DNA of 64,000 nucleotides from a virus (lineage: Duplodnaviria > Caudoviricetes). The stretch lies in the IMG/VR virus record IMGVR_UViG_3300005711_000021, positions 1 to 64,000 of that record. One strand, 5' to 3'. This document shows, piece by piece, positions 8,449 through 17,556 of the stretch (its first letter is position 1; every line of letters starts with the position of its first letter). A program made the translations under genes and the position numbers. The notes beneath the pieces are model-generated. The model searched no databases and had not been told where the DNA came from. It was given only the letters and a program-made list of their open reading frames with translations.

Positions 8449-8548
8449 TCTCCCATAATAAAAGAAGATATAGTCCGAACATCTAGGTAACACCTAGAGA
8501 GCTAGGGTAGAAATGCCCTAGCCTTCCCTACGGGGAAGTAACACAATG

Positions 8549-8848
8549 AAAACAGAAACCATGTGTATCGAAATGCTTTGGAAAGCGTTTACGAAACCAT
8601 ACCATCGTATATTAGTTGTAACACCATATGAAAACCAAGTGCGTTTAATATTTACACGTTTAATGGAAATTGTAAGAGACTCTCCATTAATATCAAATGA
8701 ATTAAAGAAATCAACAAAAAACCCTTATTGGATAGAATTTAAAAACGGTGCAATCATTCTTGGTTTTACAACTGGAGCAAGTTCAGGTTCTGGTGGAGCA
8801 TCTATTCGTGGACAACGTGCTGATGCTATCTATTTAGACGAAGTGGAT
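8549..8848 (+). CDS. terL: terminase large subunit, exon 2 (100 codons)
   Basis: KTET completes Walker A; ends in Walker B IYLDEVD. Confidence 0.9.
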
Positions 8849-9179
8849 TAACAAATCATGATATAAAAGCTATTTTTAAAATAACATGTGGTCCACTATA
8901 AATTCCGTTAATTAGGTGGAAGCTGTAAAATGCTAACAACCTAGCGAAGTATTTATAGAAATATAAATATGTGCTGAACGACTAGAGGATGAGTCTAAAG
9001 ATTTTTTCTATGGCAATAAAATTCCTCCACGAAAGCGGGACACTTTCTTAATGTCTTATCGTCAAGAATCATTCATTAAGATAATGAGATAGTCTAGACT
9101 GGGTTGGAAACAACCAACCGATGAAAATGAGGGAAACCTCCAGAGGCTAAGATAAAGAGCTTAGCGTTAATAACAATCG
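8849..9179 (+). ncRNA. group I intron 2 of terL (group IA-like, no ORF), 331 nt
   Basis: P1 AGTGGAT(8842-8848)/GTCCACT(8891-8897) with U.G pair; P7 GACTA(8980-8984)/TAGTC(9090-9094); terminal G 9179; splicing gives DEVD|YM. Confidence 0.9.
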
Positions 9180-9629
9180 TATATGACAGAAGCTGACTTC
9201 GATTCTGTAATGGCAATTGCAGGTGAACGTCGAGATATTACAATATTCATGTCATCAACACCTACTGGTAAGCGTTCTAAGTTTTGGAAAGCATGTACTG
9301 ATCCTAAAATGGGATTTACTGAACATTATCATCCTTCTACTCATAACCCTAACTGGGGGCCAGAGATGGAAGCTGAATTTAGGGCTCAATTATCAGAACA
9401 AGGGTTCGTTCATGAAATCCTTGCAGATTTCGGAACACAAGATACAGGTGTATTTAATAAAGATAAAGTAGATTTAGCATCACAACAATTATGTTATGCT
9501 TATAATGATTTAGATTATTATCAGCTTGAACGTTGTAAACATCAAAATTTAGTTCCACAAATTTTAAAATATGATAAAGCAAATAGAGCTCCTAATAACC
9601 CATTTCGCTGTATGGGCGTCGATTGGGAT
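9180..9629 (+). CDS. terL: terminase large subunit, exon 3 (150 codons)
   Basis: Coupling motif SSTPTG; ends at the nuclease motif MGVDWD. Confidence 0.9.
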
Positions 9630-10005
9630 TATGAAATATTGTCCCTTTTTGTAGTAATGCAATCAAAAGAACAAAGTGAATTGACGGGGAATTCCTTAGA
9701 GCCTTAATAACCAAATTATCATGGCAACATAGATAATGGCGTTGCTAACTACAACGGTACGGTAAAATAATTAAGGATTGGAAGATCCGCAGCCGAGCTA
9801 CTTAATTAAGTAGAAGGTTCAACGACTATCCCATAGGTCCTATCGTAGGACAACAGGAGTACGGCCAAGTGGCGGGTGAAAATCCCTTAATCGGAAGTGC
9901 TGCATCCTAATTATAGGATGATGATATAGTCTCAACATCTAGGGAAAGCCTAGAGCAGTTCGTAACAGAACGGTACAAGCGTAACGACCTTGTATGAAGA
10001 TCATG
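9630..10005 (+). ncRNA. group I intron 3 of terL (no ORF, related to intron 1), 376 nt
   Basis: P1 GGGAT(9625-9629)/GTCCC(9641-9645); P element AATTGACGGGGA 9679-9690; Q ATCCGCAGC; P7 GACTA(9824-9828)/TAGTC(9927-9931); terminal G 10005; splicing gives GVDWD|KFG. Confidence 0.9.
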
Positions 10006-10827
10006 AAATTTGGAGCAAGTTCATCTATAATAATTTTAGATTATGATGTTATACAGCAAAAGTTTAAAGTAATAAAAAGAGTAGAAGTTCCTCGTGGAGA
10101 TTATTCTTATGATAATGCTGTTAATCTTATTATTGAACTAAATGATATTTATAGACCATCATGGATCTATTGTGATGCAGGTAGTGGTGAATATCAAATA
10201 GAAAGATTACATATTTATGGTGAAGAAAATCCACATACTGGACTTCGTAATAAAGTAAAACGTTGGCAATTCAAACAAACAATTGATATTGTTGACCCTG
10301 TTACTTTTCAAGTTCACAAAGAACCGATGAAACCATTCATGGTTACACAATTACAAATTGTATTTGACCGTGATAAAATGATTTTATCGCCATTCGATGA
10401 AGTGCTACATAAACAATTAATAGATTATGAAGTAGAGAAAATTGGTGCTAATGGTAATCCAGTCTTTACTTCTGTAAATGAACACTTCGTTGATGCACTC
10501 GGTTTAGCTTATTTAGCATTTGTACTGGAATTCCCAGAGTTAACAAATGTCGTAAAAAAACCTGAAGCAACAGCTATTATAGAAAGTTCTCCTGTACAAT
10601 TAGGTGGAGCAGGTCTTAATAAATTATTCCACTCTATCGAAACAAGTGCAGTAGCTTCTGGATTCAAAGCTGTGTTAAATCATGATCCAACAGAGTTACC
10701 TGGTGATAGACCTACTACGGTAAAAGTACCACTTAGTTATAGAAGTGGGGCTTCATCAAATGGTTCATGGGGATCTAGAGCAGCTGGTTCTAAACGAGGA
10801 AACTTTGGTGGACGCTCAATGTGGTAG
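10006..10827 (+). CDS. terL: terminase large subunit, exon 4 (RNase H-like nuclease domain)
   Basis: IYCDAGSG and NEHFVDALGLA nuclease motifs. Confidence 0.9.
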   Translation, partial: KFGASSSIIILDYDVIQQKFKVIKRVEVPRGDYSYDNAVNLIIELNDIYRPSWIYCDAGSGEYQIERLHIYGEENPHTGLRNKVKRWQFKQTIDIVDPVTFQVHKEPMKPFMVTQLQIVFDRDKMILSPFDEVLHKQLIDYEVEKIGANGNPVFTSVNEHFVDALGLAYLAFVLEFPELTNVVKKPEATAIIESSPVQLGGAGLNKLFHSIETSAVASGFKAVLNHDPTELPGDRPTTVKVPLSYRSGASSNGSWGSRAAGSKRGNFGGRSMW

Positions 10828-10872
10828 TTAGCTGTACCCTATAACAGCTTTCTATATATCCTCCCATTTTTT

Positions 10873-10907
10873 AGGCACTAGGCTCCCCTTTCCCTAGTGT
10901 CTTTTTT
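10873..10907 (+). terminator. intrinsic terminator after terL
   Basis: GGCACTAGG...CCTAGTGTC stem followed by a T run. Confidence 0.75.
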
Positions 10908-10932
10908 ATTTATTTTTTTTGTGAGGTGAACA

Positions 10933-11970
10933 ATGAAGAAAATTTTTTATAGACCTAATCTAGGTTTACCAAAAAGATATGATACAGATGGATATGTAGA
11001 ACCTTATAGAGAGTCGATATCCTATGATGAAGAAACAAATGAATCAAAAGAAGAAACGCTTGAAGATATAGCTGAACAAATATTATCTTTACAAAATGTA
11101 ATCGTACGATTACCTGATGAAATGCAACCAGCTATTAATATAATGCTTAACACTTTACAATTCATTTTTATTCAAATCGATCCAGACTACATACCAGAAT
11201 CAAATAAGAATAATACAGATAGCACAGATGATATAGATACTAATGGTACAAACATTAATAGCACAAATAAAGAAAGTATAGAAGATGATTCTGATATCGT
11301 TATAACAGAAATAGATGACGAAGATGATGATGATGATGAAATGGAAAATAGTATATTGTTTTCTGATGTTGTACCAAATGTAATTATTAAAACTATACCA
11401 AAGGATAAAATTAAATTGATAAACAAAACATATTGTGTTACACTTTTAGAAATAACAAAAGATTACATTAATGAGTTAAAAAAAGTAACTACTCAATATT
11501 TTATGGATATGGGAATGTTAATAATGGAGCATGATAAACTCAATATAGATTTTCTTGAAAAGAAATATACATATAAAACAACAGATTTAAAAAGCAAAGA
11601 CTTACAACATGTTTCAGATTTTATCATTAAATCTCAAATCGTAAGAAATCAAAAACAACGATTAATGGATAAATTGATTAATGAAGAAGAATCTCTTAAT
11701 AAGATAAAAGCATGTGAAGTCGCAAGAGAATTAAGTATTCGTTATGCAAAAGAAGAATATCGTAACAATACTGTTTATCATGACTTATTTAGTAACATAT
11801 CTCTAAAAGAATCGAGATTATCCTATGAACAAAAAATGGATAATAATTTATACGAGTTATATAAATACATGAATAGCTCAGTAATATTATTAGATGAATG
11901 CCTACGTTTATATATGCGAGAGGCACAAGCTAAATCTATTTTAATTAAAGAAGAGGGGATTAAATTATGA
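10933..11970 (+). CDS. hypothetical protein with a very acidic internal tract
   Basis: 345-aa ORF with SD GAGGTG; contains DDEDDDDDE. Confidence 0.8.
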   Translation: MKKIFYRPNLGLPKRYDTDGYVEPYRESISYDEETNESKEETLEDIAEQILSLQNVIVRLPDEMQPAINIMLNTLQFIFIQIDPDYIPESNKNNTDSTDDIDTNGTNINSTNKESIEDDSDIVITEIDDEDDDDDEMENSILFSDVVPNVIIKTIPKDKIKLINKTYCVTLLEITKDYINELKKVTTQYFMDMGMLIMEHDKLNIDFLEKKYTYKTTDLKSKDLQHVSDFIIKSQIVRNQKQRLMDKLINEEESLNKIKACEVARELSIRYAKEEYRNNTVYHDLFSNISLKESRLSYEQKMDNNLYELYKYMNSSVILLDECLRLYMREAQAKSILIKEEGIKL

Positions 11971-12269
11971 TTAGACCAACACATGACAATTTATTAGTAG
12001 AAATCCAAGTTCAAAATGAAAAAGAAAAGAAAACAGAATCAGGTATTATTTTAACAGCTAGCAAAAATCAACCTGTAGAAAAAGAAAGTACAGGTTTTGT
12101 TGTAGCAGTTGGTAAGGGAAGATATTTAGCAAGTGGACATATTATACCACCTTGTGCAAAAGTAGGAGAAAAGATTATCTTTAATAAATTCGCTGGAACA
12201 GAAATTGTTGATGGTGAAAGAACGTTTTTACTTATTAAAGAAAATGACGTATTAGGAATTATTGAATAA
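11967..12269 (+). CDS. groES: phage-encoded co-chaperonin GroES
   Basis: IRPTHDNLLV, mobile loop KTESGIIL, GFVVAVGKG, KFAGTEI and LLIKENDVLGIIE are all Cpn10 signatures. Confidence 0.92.
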   Translation: MIRPTHDNLLVEIQVQNEKEKKTESGIILTASKNQPVEKESTGFVVAVGKGRYLASGHIIPPCAKVGEKIIFNKFAGTEIVDGERTFLLIKENDVLGIIE

Positions 12270-12284
12270 AGGGTGTGATAGCTT

Positions 12285-14420
12285 ATGGCTTTACAATGGC
12301 CTAAGAAAAAAGCTAGTCAAACAGATTCTAAAAAAGTAACAAAAGCAGATATAAATAAAAACTTTATCGTTAAGGCTATCGGATTAATAGCTGCTCAAGG
12401 TAACAAACGTGGTGATGATTATGAAGAACCAGAATATCCTTTAGAGGAAGTAAAAAAAGCCGCTGATGCAGATTCCTATGTAAAGATGGCCTTAATGAAA
12501 TATAGTTATCTTATTTATAAAGCAGGATATACTTTAAAATCTGATAATGACCAAGCTTTAAATTATATTAAAACTCGTTTTAAGCTCATGGGCTTTATGA
12601 CACGAAAACCTATTGATATTCTATTTCAGGAAATAGCAGATGATATGGTTAAATACTCTAATGCTTTTTTAATTAAATCAAGAGTAGATGAGATTGGTTT
12701 TAATGTAAAAGCAACAGGAATCAATAAAGATAAAAAACCTGTTGGTGGTTACTTTAGAGCTGATCCTACATATATGAGAATTAAAAGAGATAATCATGGA
12801 ACTATTGTTTCTTATGAACAATGGAATGATGAAGGTGAAACTAAAAAGTTTGCACCAACAGAAGTAATTCATTTTTATATGGATAAAGATGCAAGTCATT
12901 CTTTTGGTACACCAAGATTAATAGCTGCTCTTGAAGATGTTAAATTATTACGTCGTATTGAAGGTAACGTAATTAGTTTAATTTATCGATTTGCTATACC
13001 AATCTATCAATGGATGATTGGTCTACCTCAAGCAGGAATGCAAGCAACTGAAACAGAAATTCGTGAAGCACAAAGAGAAGTTGAAAATATGGCGATGGAT
13101 GGTATTGTTTTTACTAATGAACGTACACAAATTAAAGCTATTGGGGCAGAAGGTAATGCATTAGATGCTTCTGACTATTTAACTTACTTTGAAAAACGTG
13201 TTTTCACAGCATTAGGTGTTTCAGAAGCTCAAATGGGTAGAGGTGGAGCAAAACAAGATGCAGACTCAATGGAAGGACAAACACATGATACAGTAAAATA
13301 CATTCAACGTGTGCTTCGTATTTTTATTGAGAATATGATTATATCTGAGCTATTAATAGAAGGTGGTTTTAATCCAATTTTAAAAGAATCTGATTTAGTA
13401 AACTATGAATTCAATGAAATTAACTTAGATACAAAAATCAAAGTTGAGAATCATGAAATGCTTAAATTCCAAAGCAATGTTTATACATTTGAAGAAACTC
13501 GTACAAATATGGGTATGCATAATAATGCAGATGAAGAAAGATTATTTGCTAATATGATTACTAAAGAAGTTGCTCTTGCTCAACAAGATAACCAATGTAA
13601 GAATAATATTGAATTAGCTAATGTAAATGCAAAACATGCTCAAAAAATGGCTAAACAAACAGCGGCTCAAAATGATATAGATTCTAATTCAAATGGTAAA
13701 TCAGGTAATAATGGTCAAGTATCTTCTAAGTCTAATAAAGATGTAGAAACAAGAAATAAACCATCTAATCAACATGGTACATATTCTGCAAAAGTAAAAG
13801 AATCTGTAGAGATTACAGAATCTAGTAAACAAACACACAAAAAAAATTATAATGACATATATAAAAGATATGACAACTTGCGTAATGATATAACAGAAGA
13901 GAACTCAGATATAGATATCTTGATCCCGTTAGCAAAAGACGGAATGGTATCTGAAATAAAAACGCTGATCCAAATGACATCTTATGATGCTATTTCTAAG
14001 GCAACAGAAGATTTAAGCGGCTCCTCAAATTATCGCTTATTGCCAAACATAAAGGTTTCAATGACCACTTTTAATGAAGAAGCTGACGATACAATTACAA
14101 ATATCTTAAAAGATATCAAAAAGCAACTTAAAAAAATTGATATCAAAGATGCTGGTCAAGTAAAAGCAGTTTTTGATGCTTTAGAATATAGAGTAAGATT
14201 TTTAATAGAGTACATTCTACCAAAAGCATATTGGTACTCTTATATAAAAGCAGGAGCAGAGTTGGGTGCAGAAAAAGCTTATATTATCTTTAATGGTAGC
14301 AAAGATCAAGATGAACATCCATCTGAGATTGACACAAATAATTTTTTAATAGAAGACATACCTGCATATCATGCATTCTGCGATTGCAAAGTAAGTTTTA
14401 AAGGGGCAGGTGAAAAGTAA
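12285..14420 (+). CDS. portal protein with C-terminal MuF/gp7-like extension
   Basis: Position between terL and protease; portal-like EVIHF...FGTP and TALGVS...G; C-terminal PAYHAFCDC. Confidence 0.8.
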   Translation: MALQWPKKKASQTDSKKVTKADINKNFIVKAIGLIAAQGNKRGDDYEEPEYPLEEVKKAADADSYVKMALMKYSYLIYKAGYTLKSDNDQALNYIKTRFKLMGFMTRKPIDILFQEIADDMVKYSNAFLIKSRVDEIGFNVKATGINKDKKPVGGYFRADPTYMRIKRDNHGTIVSYEQWNDEGETKKFAPTEVIHFYMDKDASHSFGTPRLIAALEDVKLLRRIEGNVISLIYRFAIPIYQWMIGLPQAGMQATETEIREAQREVENMAMDGIVFTNERTQIKAIGAEGNALDASDYLTYFEKRVFTALGVSEAQMGRGGAKQDADSMEGQTHDTVKYIQRVLRIFIENMIISELLIEGGFNPILKESDLVNYEFNEINLDTKIKVENHEMLKFQSNVYTFEETRTNMGMHNNADEERLFANMITKEVALAQQDNQCKNNIELANVNAKHAQKMAKQTAAQNDIDSNSNGKSGNNGQVSSKSNKDVETRNKPSNQHGTYSAKVKESVEITESSKQTHKKNYNDIYKRYDNLRNDITEENSDIDILIPLAKDGMVSEIKTLIQMTSYDAISKATEDLSGSSNYRLLPNIKVSMTTFNEEADDTITNILKDIKKQLKKIDIKDAGQVKAVFDALEYRVRFLIEYILPKAYWYSYIKAGAELGAEKAYIIFNGSKDQDEHPSEIDTNNFLIEDIPAYHAFCDCKVSFKGAGEK

Positions 14421-15800
14421 ATGGCTATAATGATTAGAGAAGACCTATCTTCTAATGAAGGATTACATGTTTTATGGAATTATAAAAAAGGTCTTCAAAC
14501 AACTGAAAGCGTAAACTTTGATCCAATATCTCCAAATTCTATCATGGTAGATTATGAAGCAATTCATGTGGGCATGACTAGAAACTTTACTTTCTATACT
14601 GAGGAAGCTTTAGAGTCTAGTGTGCCAACATGGACTAAACCTTATCTAAGACCACTTATCATGCATCATAATGAGAAAGATGGAAAAATCATAGGACGTA
14701 TTCATCATGCAAGTTGTACTGATAAAAACACTTTATCTGAAACTAAAGCGTTGTTATTAACAGCTAATGTTCCAGATAAAGAAGGTATTGAAGGTATTTT
14801 AGATGGCAGATTAAAAACAACTTCTATAGGAGCAATTGTACATGATGCAACTTGTTCAATCTGCGGACAAAATATAGCTGAATATGGTCCATGTGAACAT
14901 GAACGTGGAGCTGAATATGATGGAAAATTATGTTATTGGATTATAAAGAAAATGGAAGCCAAAGAATTATCTTATGTTATTGTTCCTTCCGACATCTATT
15001 CACAACATATAAAAGTGTATAAGCCAGGGAAAGGAAAAGTATCAGAACTACAAGAGGCAACTAAAAAAGGAGTGTTAAACGTGGAAGAAAATACAATTTT
15101 AACAGATGTAACAGAATCTACTGTTGTAGATGAAAATGGTGAAACAGCTAAAACAGAACAACCAGTTGTTCCTGCTCAAACTGTTGACACAACAAAATTT
15201 GAAAATGAAATTGCTACTTTAAAACAAGAAAAACTTGATTTAGAAGTAAAAGTAAAAGATTTAGAAAAACAACTTCAACAAGAACAAGATGCAAAAGCAG
15301 ATCTTGCTAAAACTTTAGAAGCGACTCAAATTCTTTTAACTAAAGCAAATGAAGATATTGTAAAAGTTAAAGCAGCTCTTACTACTAAAGAAGAAGCTTT
15401 AACTAAAGAAATTGCTTTAAGAGAATCTTTAGAGTCTCAATTAGTTACTGAATCAATTAATAAACGTAATCAACTTGTAGAATCAGTTATTGAATTAAGA
15501 GCTCAACTTAATAAAAGAATCATTGCAAAAGAAGATTTAGAAAAGAAATCTGATGAATTTTTACAAGAAAGTTTAGTTGATTTACAAGAAGAACTCTCTT
15601 TAGTAAAAACTACAGCACCAAGTGTTACAGAAGGAATTGAAGAAATACCTCAAGTAACAAATCCAGGAATTGTAGAAAATGTTGAAGAAAATGCTAAATT
15701 AAATGTGAAAGAAGAAAAAGCATCTAGTAATATTAATGTAGAAGAAGCCATTGCAGATCTAATGTCTGCTATTATGGCACCTAATAAAAATCGTTATTAA
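14421..15800 (+). CDS. prohead protease fused to coiled-coil scaffold
   Basis: PLIMHH...IGRI, TTSIGA, CSICG..CEH and ELSYVIVPSD motifs; coiled-coil C-terminal half. Confidence 0.8.
   Translation: MAIMIREDLSSNEGLHVLWNYKKGLQTTESVNFDPISPNSIMVDYEAIHVGMTRNFTFYTEEALESSVPTWTKPYLRPLIMHHNEKDGKIIGRIHHASCTDKNTLSETKALLLTANVPDKEGIEGILDGRLKTTSIGAIVHDATCSICGQNIAEYGPCEHERGAEYDGKLCYWIIKKMEAKELSYVIVPSDIYSQHIKVYKPGKGKVSELQEATKKGVLNVEENTILTDVTESTVVDENGETAKTEQPVVPAQTVDTTKFENEIATLKQEKLDLEVKVKDLEKQLQQEQDAKADLAKTLEATQILLTKANEDIVKVKAALTTKEEALTKEIALRESLESQLVTESINKRNQLVESVIELRAQLNKRIIAKEDLEKKSDEFLQESLVDLQEELSLVKTTAPSVTEGIEEIPQVTNPGIVENVEENAKLNVKEEKASSNINVEEAIADLMSAIMAPNKNRY
15081..15800 (+). CDS. nested in-frame scaffold protein (internal GTG start)
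   Basis: SD AAAGGAG at 15066-15072 then in-frame GTG at 15081, at the protease/coiled-coil boundary. Confidence 0.55.
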   Translation: MEENTILTDVTESTVVDENGETAKTEQPVVPAQTVDTTKFENEIATLKQEKLDLEVKVKDLEKQLQQEQDAKADLAKTLEATQILLTKANEDIVKVKAALTTKEEALTKEIALRESLESQLVTESINKRNQLVESVIELRAQLNKRIIAKEDLEKKSDEFLQESLVDLQEELSLVKTTAPSVTEGIEEIPQVTNPGIVENVEENAKLNVKEEKASSNINVEEAIADLMSAIMAPNKNRY

Positions 15801-15818
15801 TTAAGGAGTGAATAAAAT

Positions 15819-17474
15819 ATGGCATTACATCCAAATTCGTTTGTAGGTCAAGATAGACTTCAACCAGGTTCTCGTGGTGAAACTTTCCAAGTTGATATCC
15901 CAGGATACAGAGATGGGGCTGACCGAGTAAACAGAACACAAAATAAACTTAACACAAATGCACATGATGTTCCAAACATTAAATATAGTTTTGATGACCG
16001 TCTTCCAGTATTATTTAAATACGGTTATGCATTTGGATACAATCAAATCGTTATTCCAAAAGGACGTATCGTAGCAGTAGATCCTCACATGGATTTAGTA
16101 GATTTCGATATGAAAAAAGCACATAACACATTAACACTTGCAAATGGTGGTGTGCCTGTAAAAGTAAGAGCACAAGGTGAAGCATATATTGCTTACGCTG
16201 CTAATGGCTTAGTATCTAAAGCAGGTGCTACAATGCCAGGTATCGGTAAAGAATGGATGCCAGTTGCAGGTTATACTGACACATATCCAGAATCAAAAGT
16301 ATTCCGTCCATTTAAAACAAAGAGAGCAAAAGCTCAATTAACAGATGCAGGTTTTACTATTGATACACAAAACACTGGTAGAGTTTTAAAAGACGATGCA
16401 GCTACAACTGTTCGTCCAGGAAACCACCCAATCGGTATTATGCAACGTAATGAATATACTCGTGATGATGATGCATTCAACGGTATCATGCCAGGAGCTG
16501 TTCTTACAGATGCAATGGTAGAAATGCCTTGGTTCTTATTTAAAGATAAAGCAGAAGGAAATCCATGGGGTTCTGCATACGGCGGATTATTCCCAGGTGC
16601 TCTTGTAAAATCAGATGAAAATGGTCGTTTTATTGTTTCTCCATTATCATTTGAAGAATTAGTAGCTTCTATGACAGTTCCTGAATACGAAGCAGAACGT
16701 CAACAAGTAGTTGGTCAAGTATACTCAGTATCTCAAGAACTTGTTCCAGAAGGTGCTGCTAAATATGCTCAATGGGCAATTTCAGATATCTTAAACTTTG
16801 AAGGATTCAATCCATCTCTTTATCGTCAAAACAACAGACGTGGTGAAGATGCTATTAGTAATTCTCCATACAAATCAAATGGTGAATATCCAGGATATCC
16901 ATATGATCCAGCATATATGAATTCAGATTTACACATGCTTTCTAGCTACCGTAACACATACGATCAAAGAATGCAACATGAATATAGATTTGATCATGGT
17001 ATCCCAGGTTTAACAGATGGTTACAATGCTGTTTCTACTCCAATCGAAGATAAACAAGTTGGTGTATTCGGTTGTCCATCAGTTGGAGAAAAAGGAGCTG
17101 CTACAATTGATTCAACTGTACCATATGCTGATATGTATTTCAGAACAAGAATTGAAAACGTAGAGCAAGGTTCATTACAAATCAAAGTAGGAGATGCAGC
17201 TTACGCTCCATGTACATTAGGTGCAACTATTGAATTAACACACACATCAGTAACAAAAACATTCTTACGTGTTAAATATGTAAATGAATTACAAGGTATT
17301 GTTGTTCTTGAAGTATTTGATAGAGCAGCAGCTGATGAATTCTTTAACTCATATGGTGTAGAAAACAAATTAGCTGTAAGCTTAAAATACAACAAACGTG
17401 GTATGGCTGGTGTTCCAACATTCATGGATTGGGACGGATGTATCGGTTCAGTAAAAATCTTACTTCAAAAATAA
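15819..17474 (+). CDS. capsid-associated structural protein (decoration or auxiliary)
   Basis: Lies between scaffold and major capsid genes; codon bias like highly expressed genes. Confidence 0.6.
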   Translation: MALHPNSFVGQDRLQPGSRGETFQVDIPGYRDGADRVNRTQNKLNTNAHDVPNIKYSFDDRLPVLFKYGYAFGYNQIVIPKGRIVAVDPHMDLVDFDMKKAHNTLTLANGGVPVKVRAQGEAYIAYAANGLVSKAGATMPGIGKEWMPVAGYTDTYPESKVFRPFKTKRAKAQLTDAGFTIDTQNTGRVLKDDAATTVRPGNHPIGIMQRNEYTRDDDAFNGIMPGAVLTDAMVEMPWFLFKDKAEGNPWGSAYGGLFPGALVKSDENGRFIVSPLSFEELVASMTVPEYEAERQQVVGQVYSVSQELVPEGAAKYAQWAISDILNFEGFNPSLYRQNNRRGEDAISNSPYKSNGEYPGYPYDPAYMNSDLHMLSSYRNTYDQRMQHEYRFDHGIPGLTDGYNAVSTPIEDKQVGVFGCPSVGEKGAATIDSTVPYADMYFRTRIENVEQGSLQIKVGDAAYAPCTLGATIELTHTSVTKTFLRVKYVNELQGIVVLEVFDRAAADEFFNSYGVENKLAVSLKYNKRGMAGVPTFMDWDGCIGSVKILLQK

Positions 17475-17556
17475 TCAACTATAATATATAATTTAACGTG
17501 GGGATAAAACTTATCCCTGCGTATAACTTAGAACACTCATCAAGGAGGAATAATAA

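Larger units (their letters stand above)
7207..8548 (+). ncRNA. group I intron 1 of terL (IA2-like), 1342 nt, with two ORFs in loop L8
   Basis: P1 GGGU(7203-7206)/GCCC(7217-7220) with U.G pair; P10 TGTTTT(7211-7216)/AAAACA; P element 7231-7242; Q AATCCGCAGC 7336-7345; P7 GACTA(7402-7406)/TAGTC(8471-8475); P7.1 and P7.2 hairpins; P3 TGCCAC/GTGGCA; P9 hairpins; terminal G 8548. Confidence 0.92.

Noticed and set aside
8546-10005. Independent translation of terL exons from ATG 8546, 9183 and 9994/10003
   Set aside because: The ATGs at 8546 and 10003 are the last three intron bases ending in the terminal G, no good accessible SD precedes them, and the fragments would have broken catalytic motifs.
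7000-10827. terL as a pseudogene, intein-split gene or product of stop-codon recoding
   Set aside because: The gaps contain complete group I cores and splice in frame; all other genes read normally in the standard bacterial code.
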